This document shows, piece after piece, positions 50,699 through 62,937 of a stretch of DNA of 64,000 bases. A program made the position numbers and the translations under genes. Source of the stretch: Hormiphora californensis (lineage: Eukaryota > Animalia > Ctenophora). How positions within the stretch are numbered: position 1 is the stretch's first letter; each line of letters starts with the position of its first letter. Where the stretch lies: contig CM035351.1 in the NCBI GenBank assembly GCA_020137815.1, forward strand, positions 1,054,001-1,118,000, written 5' to 3'. The notes beneath the pieces were generated by a model. The model saw nothing but the letters and a program-made list of their open reading frames with translations, was not told where the DNA came from and searched no databases.

Positions 50699-50876
50699 TT
50701 AAAAAATCAAAAAAAAAAAAAAGTAAAGCAGAAAAGATCCAAAAAAAAAAGAAAAAAAAAAAAAAAAAAAAAAAAAAGACAACAAAAAAGGGGCAAAGAA
50801 AAAAGGGGGATATAAATTATAAATGGACACCAAAATTGGGGGTATGGGGGTGGAAGGGTTCCAGTGAGGTGTTGCG

Positions 50877-51190
50877 CAGTGGAGCATGTTGGGCTTCACT
50901 TATAGAAGTGCAGCCAGTATGGTGTAGTGCAGTGGAGCGTGTTGGGCTTTACTTATAGAAGTGCAGCCAGTATGGTGTAGTGCAGTGGAGTGTGTTGGGC
51001 TTTACTTAAAGAAGTGAAGCCAGTATGGTGTAGTGTAGTGGAGTGTGTTGGGCTTTACTTATAGAAGTACAGTCAGTATGGTGTGGTGCAGTGGAGTGTG
51101 TTGGGCTTTACTTATAGAAGTACAGTCGGTATGGTGTGGTGCAGTGGAGTGTGATGGGCTTTACTTATAGAAGTACAGCCAGTGTGGTGA
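50877..51190. repeat. 53-bp tandem repeat, ~6 copies
   Basis: cagtggagtgtgttgggctttacttatagaagtacagccagtatggtgtagtg is reiterated. Confidence 0.92.
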
Positions 51191-51731
51191 GATGCAGGCT
51201 ACAACGAGTATGACTTCTCTCCCGCTCCTTGGTTCTCCTACAGGTGAAGTAGTCGGATCATCAGTCCTCACCCAGGTTGTATAAGACAGTATCGATTGTT
51301 TAAGGGCTAAAGCCCTGGTGCTAAAGTATTTATTTCTGGATCCCTAGATCCAAGAGCATATCTTATCAATCTGCAGTAAGCAGAGACAGTATTATATATT
51401 TCATCATCCGATTTAAATATCGTTTAACTAACAAGACCTACCTTCAGAAAAAATATCATCTTGAAATAACATCTGGAAATCCTTGGTATAGAACTAACCG
51501 CTTTTGAAACGAGAGTTAGTGAGACGAAGTCCGCACCAAGTGATGCAAGTAGTCAAGACCTAACAGAACTCGTGTTGTTCTTTAAAATATGCATTCATAA
51601 ACATTCATAACATTCATAAAATAGATTAAGTTAGGTACACAAAGTTTCAGCTCAGCAAAAGCTAACACTCAGAAGACAATACGTCAGCGATTTATATGTG
51701 CAGTCAAGTCACGATTAAAAGCAAAATAACT

Positions 51732-54716
51732 TCATGAATCGCTCATCTCTCTAAAAACACTTGGGTCATTCCTCCAATCGAAAAGGGAGTTACTATGCTC
51801 CACACGATAACCGCGAACAGGTGGCTGATCAGGGATAGTGGATAAGTAGGATCCAAGGGACTGCTTCAGCTCGAGAAGTGAGATAGATCCTCTCACTGCA
51901 CGGGGCAAGGAGTTCCAAATCTGGGCTCCTCTTACACCGAAAGATGCATCATATGGTCCAGAGATGGTTTTGGCTGCGAGGTAATTATAACGGGGAATCA
52001 CTGCCCTAATACCAAGACGGGGGTGCTCATTGAACACTAGCCCAGTACTGTTAGGTGCAACCTTATGGAGAACTTTCCAGACGTGGATAATCATATATCG
52101 CTCACGTCGTCGTTGAAGAGACAGTAAATTCAGATGCTTTAATCTGTCCCAGTAACCCATACCAGAACAGCTTTTAATCCTACGGGTAAAGTATCTCTGG
52201 GTTTCCTCAACTAATCCAATGTCTGACTTTTTAGTAGGACTCCACAGTGGACAGCAGTACTCTACCTGGGGTCTAATGATTGATTTCAGCAACGTTAGCA
52301 TGGTCTCGTCTGACCTATCTCTAAATACACTGAGCGCCCATCCACTCATGCGACGGGCCTTGGCAGTGATATTACCGATGTGTTCAGTCCATGTACAGTC
52401 TGAAGAAAGGAGGACTCCTAGATCCCTCACCGTATTGCTAGGTGATATTGACTCACCACCGGGGCCATTATAGATGTAGTTCTCATAGGAAAAGGGAAGT
52501 TCTCTTAGGAGTAGTGTGGAACGAAGAGTGTAATGTAATAACTCAAACTTGTCCTGGTGGAGGGACATATTATTTTCTGCAGCCCAGTGTGCAAATTTAT
52601 CTAGACTCTGCTGTAAGTTATCCCTGTCAGCGAGGGTCTTAATAGCTTTCCACAGCTTGGAGTCATCCGCAAAGGTTAAGGCGGTGCCATTAAGGAGTGA
52701 TTCAATATCAATCATATACACCAAAAATAGCAGCGGCCCAATCACGGTTCCTTGAGGAACTCCACTGATAACCGGTTCTGGGCGTGACTGAATCCCGTCT
52801 ACAACAACTGTCTGAACTCTGTTAGTCAGGAAGTCACTTATCCAACGGTGTAGCCGTCCGCGGATGCCATACTTTTCTAGTTTGGTCATCAACACCTTGA
52901 TATCAACCTTGTCAAAGGCCTTTTCCATATCCAGATACACAACATCTACCTCTGAGCCGTTATTTAGTTCACGTAGTATATTGTCATAATGGTTAAGTAA
53001 CTGGGTGAGACAACTTCGATTTCTTCGAAAACCGTGTTGGCCATCGTTGAAAATCTCGTTTTTCTCGAGGTGGTCAACAACTTTATTTCTTACAACCCGT
53101 TCGAATGTTTTGATCAAATGAGATGTGAGAGCAACCGGTCGATAGTTTTTAGCTTCCATTTTAGAGCCCTTTTTGAAAACCGGTGTTATTTGCTGACTCT
53201 TTAGAATAGCCGGGACAACTCCTTCATTAAAAGAGCGGTTCCAAAGTAACCATATCGGATATGCCAACTGTTTCCGGCACTTTGATAGGATCGCCGCAGG
53301 TATATCACCAGGGGGTGCACCAGCGTAGGGGTCCAACTCAGTCAGAGCTCCTTCAATACATTTAGGAGTGAATTCAAGATTGTCCAAGGTGAAGGTCGTA
53401 GAAGGAATATCCTTGGTCGCCTCCTCAGCTATACACCTGGTTGGGTCACTGAAGACTCCCACATATTGGGACTGAAGAATGTTGGATTTCTCAAGGGGGT
53501 CATCAGTTACAGTACCATCCGCTCTCAAGAGAGGTGCTACATTGGACTTGGTTTTCCGGTGCTTGTTTACAAAGGACCAGAAGAACCGGGGATTAGACTT
53601 GATAGTTCTGATTGCTTTCCTCTCCTTGCCTTCCAGGAGTCCAGTAAGATGTGATTTGATCTTAGCAGCCGTGTTTTCCACCTTCCGCTCGAGTTTCTCA
53701 ATGTAGGATTGGCGTGAGAGATTTTGCTTTGCTAGTTTTATCCTCTGGTTAAGCTTTTTCTGTCTCCTTTTCAGCCTTCGTAAGTAAGGATCTTTCTTTT
53801 TAGAGGTACTGAAGACCTTCCGTTTACTATGTTTTTCGAAAACCTTCAAGACAGTTTCTATGAGACAATTTACGTAGGCATACCCGTCGTCATCTGGATC
53901 GCAGGATGAGAGAAGATTATCCCAGTCAATGTGGCTTAGCTCCTCATTGGCAGCATCAAAGTCCGCATTGTGATAGTCCAAGGCCTTGAAGCTCATTCCA
54001 GGCCGTACCCGGTCGTAAGCATTAGACTGATTGAGTCCTATTCCGAGAATACATGACACCAACGCATGATCAGACATCTGAGTTGCTGAGACATCCGTGT
54101 CAAGCACATAATCGATCCTATTAGTGAGAACAATGTCCAGCAGATTTCGGCCTCTAGTAGGTTCCGTTACCACTTGGGAAAGAAAGTTTCTCTCAGCAAA
54201 GTCAACCAAGGCATTGCCTTGATCCGCTGAAAGAGTAGACCAGTTTACTTGGGGCATATTGAAATCGCCAAGTATGAACACATCTGGTGGGCTATCTCCA
54301 CAGGAGTGACGTTTTATAAACTCCTCCAAGGTCTCCAGAACATGGTGAGCAGGCGCTGTGGGGGCTCTGTACACTGATGCTATGATGGAGTTTGATTTAG
54401 GAACATGAACTGCTACTAGACTGTTACAGTCGTCTGAGTAGGTTATTTGGTCGGACGGGGATATTGAGCAGTGAAGGTATAAAGCACATCCACCCCCAAC
54501 CCTACCTTCCCGATCGCTGCGGATGATAGAATATCCAGGAATGTTAACCTGGGCATCTGTGAATTCCGCCCGCCACCACGTCTCCGTGATGGCTGCAGCC
54601 ATGACAGGGACACCTGAGTTACATATGGTGTCCCTCAAGTTCTCCAGTTTGTACCTTGCCTCACTGTTTGCCGACGGATTAAGACTGCGGGCATTGAGTA
54701 GCAACAGTTTAGACAT
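51732..54716 (-). CDS. LINE ORF2: APE endonuclease plus RT (CR1 clade-like)
   Basis: LNARS, ITETW, GDFN, LLDIV, SDH; YRPVALTS, QHGFR, GVPQGTVIGP, FADD, EYCCPLWSP, SLQRRRER. Confidence 0.96.
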   Translation of the reverse strand: MSKLLLLNARSLNPSANSEARYKLENLRDTICNSGVPVMAAAITETWWRAEFTDAQVNIPGYSIIRSDREGRVGGGCALYLHCSISPSDQITYSDDCNSLVAVHVPKSNSIIASVYRAPTAPAHHVLETLEEFIKRHSCGDSPPDVFILGDFNMPQVNWSTLSADQGNALVDFAERNFLSQVVTEPTRGRNLLDIVLTNRIDYVLDTDVSATQMSDHALVSCILGIGLNQSNAYDRVRPGMSFKALDYHNADFDAANEELSHIDWDNLLSSCDPDDDGYAYVNCLIETVLKVFEKHSKRKVFSTSKKKDPYLRRLKRRQKKLNQRIKLAKQNLSRQSYIEKLERKVENTAAKIKSHLTGLLEGKERKAIRTIKSNPRFFWSFVNKHRKTKSNVAPLLRADGTVTDDPLEKSNILQSQYVGVFSDPTRCIAEEATKDIPSTTFTLDNLEFTPKCIEGALTELDPYAGAPPGDIPAAILSKCRKQLAYPIWLLWNRSFNEGVVPAILKSQQITPVFKKGSKMEAKNYRPVALTSHLIKTFERVVRNKVVDHLEKNEIFNDGQHGFRRNRSCLTQLLNHYDNILRELNNGSEVDVVYLDMEKAFDKVDIKVLMTKLEKYGIRGRLHRWISDFLTNRVQTVVVDGIQSRPEPVISGVPQGTVIGPLLFLVYMIDIESLLNGTALTFADDSKLWKAIKTLADRDNLQQSLDKFAHWAAENNMSLHQDKFELLHYTLRSTLLLRELPFSYENYIYNGPGGESISPSNTVRDLGVLLSSDCTWTEHIGNITAKARRMSGWALSVFRDRSDETMLTLLKSIIRPQVEYCCPLWSPTKKSDIGLVEETQRYFTRRIKSCSGMGYWDRLKHLNLLSLQRRRERYMIIHVWKVLHKVAPNSTGLVFNEHPRLGIRAVIPRYNYLAAKTISGPYDASFGVRGAQIWNSLPRAVRGSISLLELKQSLGSYLSTIPDQPPVRGYRVEHSNSLFDWRNDPSVFREMSDS

Positions 54717-54745
54717 TCTACTGGGAACTATGGACTTATCTGGAG

Positions 54746-55672
54746 TTAGTACCTCCCCCTCTGCTGATGAGGGCTGAAGGTGTAACCTGTTCCTGCCGGC
54801 AGTTGAGCCGGTTGGGAATGTTGGGAGTAGAACTGGTCTGGTTCTGGCTCTGGACGGTTCCTCATCTCCGTTCTCACTATCCCGGCTATTGTGTCCCTCA
54901 GCCGGTCGAGGACTGCCTCTAAAAAAGCAGGATCTGGTCCAGGCCTACGATTCTGAGACTGAGGCTGGGACCATTGTACTCCACTCGACACCCTCCTTTG
55001 CAAATAAAACCTACACACTTCGTTTCCTGGAACACCCCTCTCTCCCTGTTCCGCTGGGTCCGGTAGGTCCTCTCGTTCCTCTGCAGTTCTACTGATGTGC
55101 CGTCCCAGGATCTGCTCTCGGTTTGAACTACGTCTGGTCGAGTTATGACTAGGATCTGGACCACCGTCAGGTAGATGGCTAGTAAACCTTTCCAGAGTTT
55201 GTTTACCGAGGCAAGGGGAGCACACCCAAATTCGGCTTTTGATAGCAGTGCTGCTGGCCTCTTCTCGTATCTTTGCACAGTTGTGCAGACCGCCACCACA
55301 GATGAAGCACCGAGCAGGGGGATTTTCGTTTCTCTTCACGGAATACTTTTCGGTACACTCGCTGCATGTTTGGGGACCAAATCCCTCTATCCGCATGATG
55401 ATCCAGTCAGCCAGGGTTGTTACTGAATGGTATTTCTGCACTCCAGACGCCACACATCTAACCTCTTGGCCAAGGAAGATAGCAGTTGCCTCCAGATTAC
55501 TAGCTGGGATAGCCTCCAGTTTGCTGAGGTTTTCCTCATAGTCCAGAGAAGGGTCATAAACTTCAATAACCTCCTTAACCGGTGTTCTGGCATCCTCTTT
55601 CAGCTCAGAGAGTACAGCAGCAAAGACGGCTGGATCTGTGTCATTAGCATGGTCCATTGCCATACTAGACAC
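54746..55672 (-). CDS. LINE ORF1 with a PHD-like Cys cluster and an apparently truncated CCCH finger
   Basis: CSEC..CFIC..H.C..WVCSPC; VCRFYLQ; sits directly upstream of ORF2. Confidence 0.8.
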   Translation of the reverse strand: MSSMAMDHANDTDPAVFAAVLSELKEDARTPVKEVIEVYDPSLDYEENLSKLEAIPASNLEATAIFLGQEVRCVASGVQKYHSVTTLADWIIMRIEGFGPQTCSECTEKYSVKRNENPPARCFICGGGLHNCAKIREEASSTAIKSRIWVCSPCLGKQTLERFTSHLPDGGPDPSHNSTRRSSNREQILGRHISRTAEEREDLPDPAEQGERGVPGNEVCRFYLQRRVSSGVQWSQPQSQNRRPGPDPAFLEAVLDRLRDTIAGIVRTEMRNRPEPEPDQFYSQHSQPAQLPAGTGYTFSPHQQRGRY

Positions 55673-55850
55673 TACAGTGGAATATTTGAAAACGCACGGG
55701 CGCGCGCCTCAAATTAATTTGTTTAAAGTAGTGTTGAAAAGTTTGAACAATGAAAAGCGGACAATAAATGTATATTTGTATTTGTATTTGTATTTGACTT
55801 GAACATTTCCGAGGGGCCTCATGTGATTTTTTGACTTTGCAACCCGGCCG

Positions 55851-56512
55851 TAGGGATCCCTAATAAAGTTGTGACTTGTCACTGTAGTCTTGCGGAGGCG
55901 CGGTTGTGACTTGTCACCGCGTGTGCGCGTACCAAAACGCACGTGGTTCCCACTGCGCGTAGCTGCGGCGCGGCGTAAACCATGCGGTGACAAGTTACAA
56001 TCGCGCATTTTGAAGCCGCGCCGCCAGGAAAACGTTAAAATCTGGGTGCCTTTCATTGCTAACAATTCGTAGTTTTGGCGCGCGCGACGGGTTAGGGCTA
56101 TCCGTTAGGGTCTGGTTAGGGTTTGGTTTGGGGTTATCGGTTAGGGCTATCGATTCTCTAACTGATACCGTTTAGTTTACTCAAATCGGCCATGTGGTTC
56201 CATGGCTATAAAGTCCATTTTTATTCAACTGTTCACCCCTCAATTCGTGCGCGTGCGATATTTTAATTTACGCTGCGCGCGCTACACGTAAACATGTGAT
56301 AAACGCGCAAAACAATTCCGCGCACGACTTTGGGGGGTGAACAGTTGAAAAAAAATGGACTATAGCCGTTTGAAAAAAAATCGGTCTAAGTATACTCTTT
56401 TGGCAGCGCGCACCTGTAAACACGCTGCAAGGCACCCAGATTATAATCGCGCCCGCGCCGCCACGGGAACCACATGTTTGGTGACAAGTCACAACTTTAT
56501 TAGGGATCCCTG
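55851..56512. mobile_element. MITE with ~31-bp TIRs and internal telomere-like (ggttagg) repeats; no clear TSD
   Basis: agggatccctaataaagttgtgacttgtcac ... gtgacaagtcacaactttattagggatccct. Confidence 0.85.
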
Positions 56513-56870
56513 TAATACCGAGTAATATAAAAAAACACGGCCGCGCGCGGCCGGCGCCGCCAAATAAATAACTGTAACTAACGTAGCGCGCTAATCTTTT
56601 TTACTTTGCGACGCTGTATAATTTATTATATATTTTATTTTAAGGCTGCCCGGCATACGCTACAGGATACTCTTACGACGGGTACGTGCATGAGGGGACT
56701 GCAGCACATATATGTCAAGTTTGGGTTGGCAGTTTTCAGTCTCCTGGTGGCCTTGGAATGTGTTACATACCCCTTGATAGGATAATGCTGGATCGGCTGA
56801 AGCAGAGCTCTTCATTTCTCTCAAGAACTTATCTAAAGAGGAAATAATTGACGCCACATGTAAAACGTTT

Positions 56871-57539
56871 TTGTCCAGTGTAAAACTTCTCAAATGTGCA
56901 ATGCACAGCCTTGATGAGATTGTTAGTACGAGGAAACTCGAGGAGGAGTTACGAAAGTGCAAGGAAGAACTTGACCGCCACCGTGTCAATGTGATTGAGC
57001 TACAACAAACCGTTATTAACGCCCAAAAGGAGCAACTGAGTTCCGTAAAAACTTCAGTGCAGAAGGTGAAAGCCTACTCTACTGTACTGGCTCAAAACTG
57101 TGCCGCAGTCTCTCCGGTGGTGAGAAAGTCTTCTCAAGATCCTGCTTCCACACCATCGTCCGACAGGGAGAAAAACCTTGTTATTTTCGGTATACCAGAA
57201 ACAACTGACCGCTTGACTAGGAATAGTGTTGATGGTGTGTTTGCCGAGTTGAACGAAAAACCAAAAGTTAACTCAATGAAACGTATCGGCGAGAGAAACG
57301 AGAAGGGCCCTCGGCCAATTTTGGTTTCTTTTGAAAGGCGAGCAACACTTTTGGCTCTGCTGAAAAAATCACGACAGCTCAAGAACTCGGAACATTTTTC
57401 AGCTGTTTACCTGTCACCTGATTTAACCCCGATTCAAATTAGAGAGCGAAAAACTCTTATAAACACGATGAAAAAACTCCGCTTAGAAGACCCGAGTGGA
57501 AAGTACTATATTAAAAACAATATAATCCAAGTTGGATAA
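56871..57539 (+). mobile_element. Stand-alone LINE ORF1-like (coiled coil + RRM + CTD) element without an ORF2; 5' degenerate
   Basis: REKNLVIFGIPE, RIG...PRPILVSF, VYLSPDLT..R; no RT downstream. Confidence 0.75.
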
Positions 57540-58692
57540 TATTTTTCTTATACACTGTTAGTAGTTTTAGTAAGCCCGCTTACTAGTTTAGTAAGCCCGC
57601 TTTAGGTAACTGCTGAAGCCTGTTGGCCTTTCAGCCTAAAAGCTTGTTTTGTTCAAACCTTTTTATTTTATTTTATAAAAAAAAAAGGTTTTGTGTTTTA
57701 CTGATTTTGTAACGCGCAAATAAGACGCCGCGCAGAGCAAAAGCCAAAAAATGGCGGCGCGCGCCCTAAAAACTGAAAGAACCGTGCGCGTTTTTCATCC
57801 ATGCTTTTTTGTTTCGCGTTTTTTTGTTTCGCGTTTTTTTTGTTTCACGTTTTTTTTGTTTCGCGTCTTTACTTTTTTTGTTTCGCGTTTTTCCTTTTCG
57901 TCCCGAAGTTTTAAGTGCGTTTCAAACGACTTGACCTGAGATTCCTGGAAATTCAGGATTTCCCCTTTGTAAATACACACGCAATGCGCCAAATTCCAAG
58001 AATTACGGGTCAAGTCGCTTGAAACGGACTTTAAGTGGTGCTATCACCCTCGCGATTGCAATGAAATTTCAAGAGCGTAACGCTTGTGTGGCTCTATCCC
58101 CACGTGTTTGAACAAACAAATTTTGGCTGTTCGGCGTTTTCGATATTGTTCTCTCTATCTCTCCCGCGAACAAAACAGCTATGAAATCGTTAAGTGGCGC
58201 CACAAACAAGACAAACAATCTATCTTTCTTCGCGCCACAAACAAACAAGTATTTACCACTTACCGTTCGACCCTCCCTCCCCAGTCCCCGCACCCCACGG
58301 TTTATTATGTTATATCCTGATTATTTATATCCTAATGATTTATATCACCTAATAGATTAGTCAGTTCATGTCGAAAAGATGTGGGATGCTTATCTGTGGG
58401 AATGTTATGACTAGATGAGGTAATGGATGGCACCTAACAACCTACGTCAAGTCAACAAATTTGTTAATTGTTATGAGGATCGCTCAGATTATCTACACCA
58501 AGCAGCCAGCTTCCTTTTTGGGATCGAAGAGATGTTTACGAACTGGTTTATCATTATTATGACTATCTACGTTAGTGAGGAGACATCGGAGGAACTTTAT
58601 AAGCGAGAAAAAGAGGAGGACCGGCACTAATACCATTTCTGACAATATTATCTGATATTCCCAACCACACGATTCCCTACCCCTTGAACAGA

Positions 58693-58728
<36 letters not shown>

Positions 58729-58785
58729 TGCAAGTTCTATTGCCTTGCAGCATATGATTGTCGTTAAGTGTTATTACACCCTAAA

Positions 58786-58915
58786 GTCGGATTTTTTGAA
58801 GTTGTCAGTCACCCCCAAATGACCGCGCAGGTGAAATTTATCAATTTTGACGCACACACAACGCGAAAAAACATTCCACACACGAAAAGGGGGTGACAAC
58901 TTCAAAAAATCCGAC
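58786..58915. mobile_element. Small MITE-like inverted repeat
   Basis: gtcggattttttgaagttgtca pairs with tgacaacttcaaaaaatccgac. Confidence 0.7.
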
Positions 58916-59092
58916 ATTAAAAACTAAAAATCACCCTTCATCCATAATCCATGCAATACTAATGTTTTTTAGTAAACATTTGCATTGGTATACAACAAAT
59001 AAAACAAGATTTGCCTTCCGTAAAAACAAGATTTGCCTTCTCTCCCCGTGCACAAAACAAAACATCAAATCGCTGCAAGCGTAACATATACT

Positions 59093-59130
<38 letters not shown>

Positions 59131-59212
59131 ACTCCTCTCTCTCTCTCTCTCTCTTTCTTCCCCCTCTCTCTACTCTCTCTCTCTCTCTCGTCTGCTCTCC
59201 TCTCTCTCTCTC

Positions 59213-59257
<45 letters not shown>

Positions 59258-59370
59258 GTGTTTTGTTCAATAAAGGCAAGTGTTACCAAAATCTTGCTCG
59301 AAATCCTGGATCAAGAAGATGAGGAACTTATTGACTGACTGTTCAGTTCAACAAGTTAGTAAATAAAGGA

Positions 59371-59686
59371 GGGGGTCACACGTAACATGTGCAGAAAACT
59401 TTTTGTGCACGTTACATGTTAGAAAGTGTTACAAAGTGTTACAAAGTGTTACAAAGTGTTACATAGTGTTACACTGTGTTACAAAGTGTTGCAATGTACA
59501 TTTTGTAACAATTTGTGACATTTTGTAACAATTTGCATCACTTTGTAACAATTTGTAACACTTTATAACATTTTGTAACAATTTGTAACACTTTATAACA
59601 TTTTGTAACACTTTATAACACTTTTTTACATGTGCAGAAATCTTTTTGTGCACGTTACATGTTATGTGTTCCCCCCCCCCCCCCCT
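59371..59686. repeat. Foldback element with mirrored 10-11 bp tgttacaaag / tttgtaaca subrepeats
   Basis: Subrepeat orientation flips at ~59495; the ends are G-run / C-run with a shared acatgtgcagaaa motif. Confidence 0.7.
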
Positions 59687-60223
59687 AATAAATGGACAAT
59701 AAAGTTTCCACTGGTCGTGAGATGGTAAAAATCAGCAGCATTTTCTCACAACCCTCTCCTACCGGGAGGTTGGGGGCGATGGGGATTTTGTTGAAGGTTA
59801 GGAGGGAGTGGGGAAGATTAGGAAATCGTGCATGAAGTATTGAAATTTATATGGGAAAGCTAATTCCTTCACTAAAATGTCCCAATAGGTTTCCCGAACC
59901 ATGAAAAAAGAGTTTACCACTCAACTCCGTGGGGGGGGGGGGGTCATCATTTGGCCTAATTGATCCTAACACTAACAGGGTATTTCAACTAGATATCCTT
60001 CAGACACTGCAAGATACCCCTCAGACCTCAACAAATGCCCCTCAGACCCCGCTATTTACCCCTTAGACCACTTTAGATACCTCTCAGAGCCTACTAGGTA
60101 CCCCTCATACCCTACTAGATCTATTAGTAGATCTAGCTAGATGCCCCAGACCCAACTAGACACCCCTCAGACCCTACTAGATCTACTACTACTTATAACA
60201 CCCCCCCCCACGGAGTTGAATGG

Positions 60224-60872
60224 TCAACTCTTTTTTGGTGGTTCGGGGGATCTATTGAACATACAGCACATTAAATTTACACACAGTACACACACACGTG
60301 TCAAACCGTGTCTCACACACGCACAGTGTGTAGTGTATGTGCGTGTGTATGTGTGTATGTGTATATACATATGTGTGTGCAGTGCACACACATACACACA
60401 CATAGACACAGACACACACACATAAACACACTTTCTCCCTCTCTCCATCACGTGATATGCCCATATTTGGTCATCACGACCTACCTAACCTCCCAAATAC
60501 ATCATAATTCATAACCCCCACCTAATCTCTCACCCCCACCTAATCTCTCAACTCTTTTTTGGTGGTTCGGGGGATCTATTGAACATACAGCACATTAAAT
60601 TTACACACAGTACACACACATGTGTCAAACCGTGTCTCACACACGCACAGTGTGTAGTGTATGTGCGTGTGTATGTGTGTATGTGTGTATGTGTATATAT
60701 GTGTGTGCAGTGCACACACATACACACACATAGACACAGACACACACACATACACACACTTTCTCCCTCTCTCCATCACGTGATATGCCCATATTTGGTC
60801 ATCACGACCTACCTAACCTCCCAAATACATCATAATTCATAACCCCCACCTAATCTCTCACCCCCACCTAAC
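60224..60872. repeat. Tandem duplication, period ~324 bp, (CA/TG)-rich
   Basis: 60224-60547 repeats at 60548-60872. Confidence 0.9.
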
Positions 60873-61411
60873 CCACACATTCTCTTATCCGCTCCTTACC
60901 CCCTCACCCCGTTAGGTGTGAGTGCTGGTTGTTTTGTTCAAACCGTTTTTATTTTATCTTATTTTAGGTTGCCTTGTTCGACCCTCCCTCCCCAAAAGGT
61001 TTGAACAAAACAAATTTTAGGAAGGGTCGAACAAGGCAAGGCGCTGTTAGGTTTAGGTGCTGTCAGGAGACAGGAGAGGGTTGTGTAATGTCTTTTGTGA
61101 CATTGTGACACGGCCAGTGGAAACTTTATTATTCATTTATTTTACTAACTTGTTGAACTGAACATAAGTTATGTCATAACAAGAGTGCATCTTCTTGATC
61201 CTCATCTTCTTCATCCAGGATTTCCGGGCAAGATGTTGGTAAGATTGCCTTATTTGAACAAAAACAAGGTACAATACCTGACAGGAAAGTAGGTTTGTAT
61301 CAGGTTAAAATCAAAATGGGGACTTTCCAAGTGGGGACATGGGATAGATAAAGAAATGTATGTCTAGGAAGCGAGAGGCAGAATTAGAGAGAAAGAAAGA
61401 TAGCTGATAAT

Positions 61412-61457
<46 letters not shown>

Positions 61458-62432
61458 CGAGAGAGGATAGAGTGATGAATAAAGATAGTGGATATTAACC
61501 TTGCAGCTGTTGTTTTGTACATTACATCCATGATCCAGGTTAGGTAAAGGAATAACTGATTTGCCCGTGAAAAGTGTTGTTATGTCTTTATTTGTGTTTC
61601 GGGGGCGTGCGCCCGAAACACAGTCTAGCCAGGCAAGAAAAGTGGGCAGTGAAAATTAGTTGTTTATCTCTCTCCCTCTTGCCTTATTTTGTTCAACCCT
61701 GTTTGAACAAAACTGCACTGTCCGATATTTGATTTTTGCCAACATTCATTGCGAGACTTGTTTTGTTCAAACCTCCTCCCTCCCTCACTGTATCAACCCT
61801 GCCTCTTAACCTATACAAAGCACACTTTTTCAGCATTTTACCAAATAAGTTTCCATAACAACCCGATCCAGGGTATCCATTCTCACAGAGTTGGTGAAAC
61901 AATTGATTTCATGACCTTCATTCACTTTGCCTTGTTCGACCTTGTTCGCCCCCGTAGTCAAAGACGCTTTCGCGAGACTAGAGACTTTGCCGCACGCGCG
62001 CGATTATAAGAACGGGTATCTAAAACGACTAGTAAACAGCGTCAGCACTCGCTGCACGACAAGTGTGTTTCCCGCGTACGCGGAGCGTAGAAGTGTTGAT
62101 TATTTCTAGAACAAGACCCTCCTCACCGTCGCGGGGCGCGGGGAGGGAGGGTCGAACAAGGCAACTAAAAGCATAGGTACATATAATTTTATATGTATGT
62201 AAGTGTAAGAGCGGGTAGGGTCGTATATATTTTTAATCTATATTGACTCTGTTATAAATGTTGTAATTGATATTGATATTGATTTGGTTGGCAAACACTG
62301 CTGTCCCCCAGGAGCGCGGGATAAGACAGCGCTTTTCAAACTTTTGATTTTTGAACATCGAAAACTTTTGATTTTTGAACATCTAATCGAAAAATTGCCG
62401 AGTTCTGCCGAGCGTCGCAAAGGGGGGGGGGG

Positions 62433-62937
62433 GCGCCGTTACGATCTGGGTGTTTGGTGGCCTGTTTACAGGTGCACGCTGCCAAAAAAGTTGATTCACT
62501 AAAACGGCTCTAACCGCCAAACCACTCAACCGTTTTGGCTAGTTCAAAGTTTATCTGGTAGGGAATGTCAAGGCCTAACCCCAACCCAAACCCCAACCCT
62601 AACCCTAACCCTACCTTAGCCCTAACCCTAAAAAACCGTTTGTCAGCACTCACGAAACACCCAGATTTTAACGCTGGCCAAGGGGGGCGGGCGCCGTTAC
62701 GATCTGGGTGTTTGGTGGCCTGTTTACAGGTGCGCGCTGCCAAAAAAGTTGATTCACTAAAACGGCTCTAACCGCCGAACCACTCAACCGTTTTGGCTAA
62801 TTCAAAGTTTATCTGGTAGGGAATGTCAGCGGCCTAACCCCAACCCAAACCAACCCTAACCCTAACCCTACTTTAGCCCTAACCCTAAAAAACCGTTTGT
62901 CAGCACTCACGAAACACCCAGATTTTAACGCTGGCCG
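62433..62937. repeat. Tandem duplication, period ~258 bp, containing short (ccctaa)n tracts
   Basis: gcgccgttacgatctgggtg occurs at 62433 and 62691. Confidence 0.9.

Larger units (their letters stand above)
44560..50790 (+). mobile_element. Near full-length L2-like non-LTR retrotransposon (5' boundary approximate; A-rich tail after a MITE insertion)
   Basis: ORF1 plus APE-RT ORF2, a 3' UTR, and an A-rich tract at ~50701-50790. Confidence 0.85.

Noticed and set aside
51190-51280. Hammerhead ribozyme (CTGATGA on the minus strand) downstream of the CR1
   Set aside because: No correctly placed GAAA or supporting stems found by eye.
62570-62890. Telomere or chromosome-end signature, also at 56090-56150
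   Set aside because: Only a few degenerate ccctaa units embedded within repeat elements.
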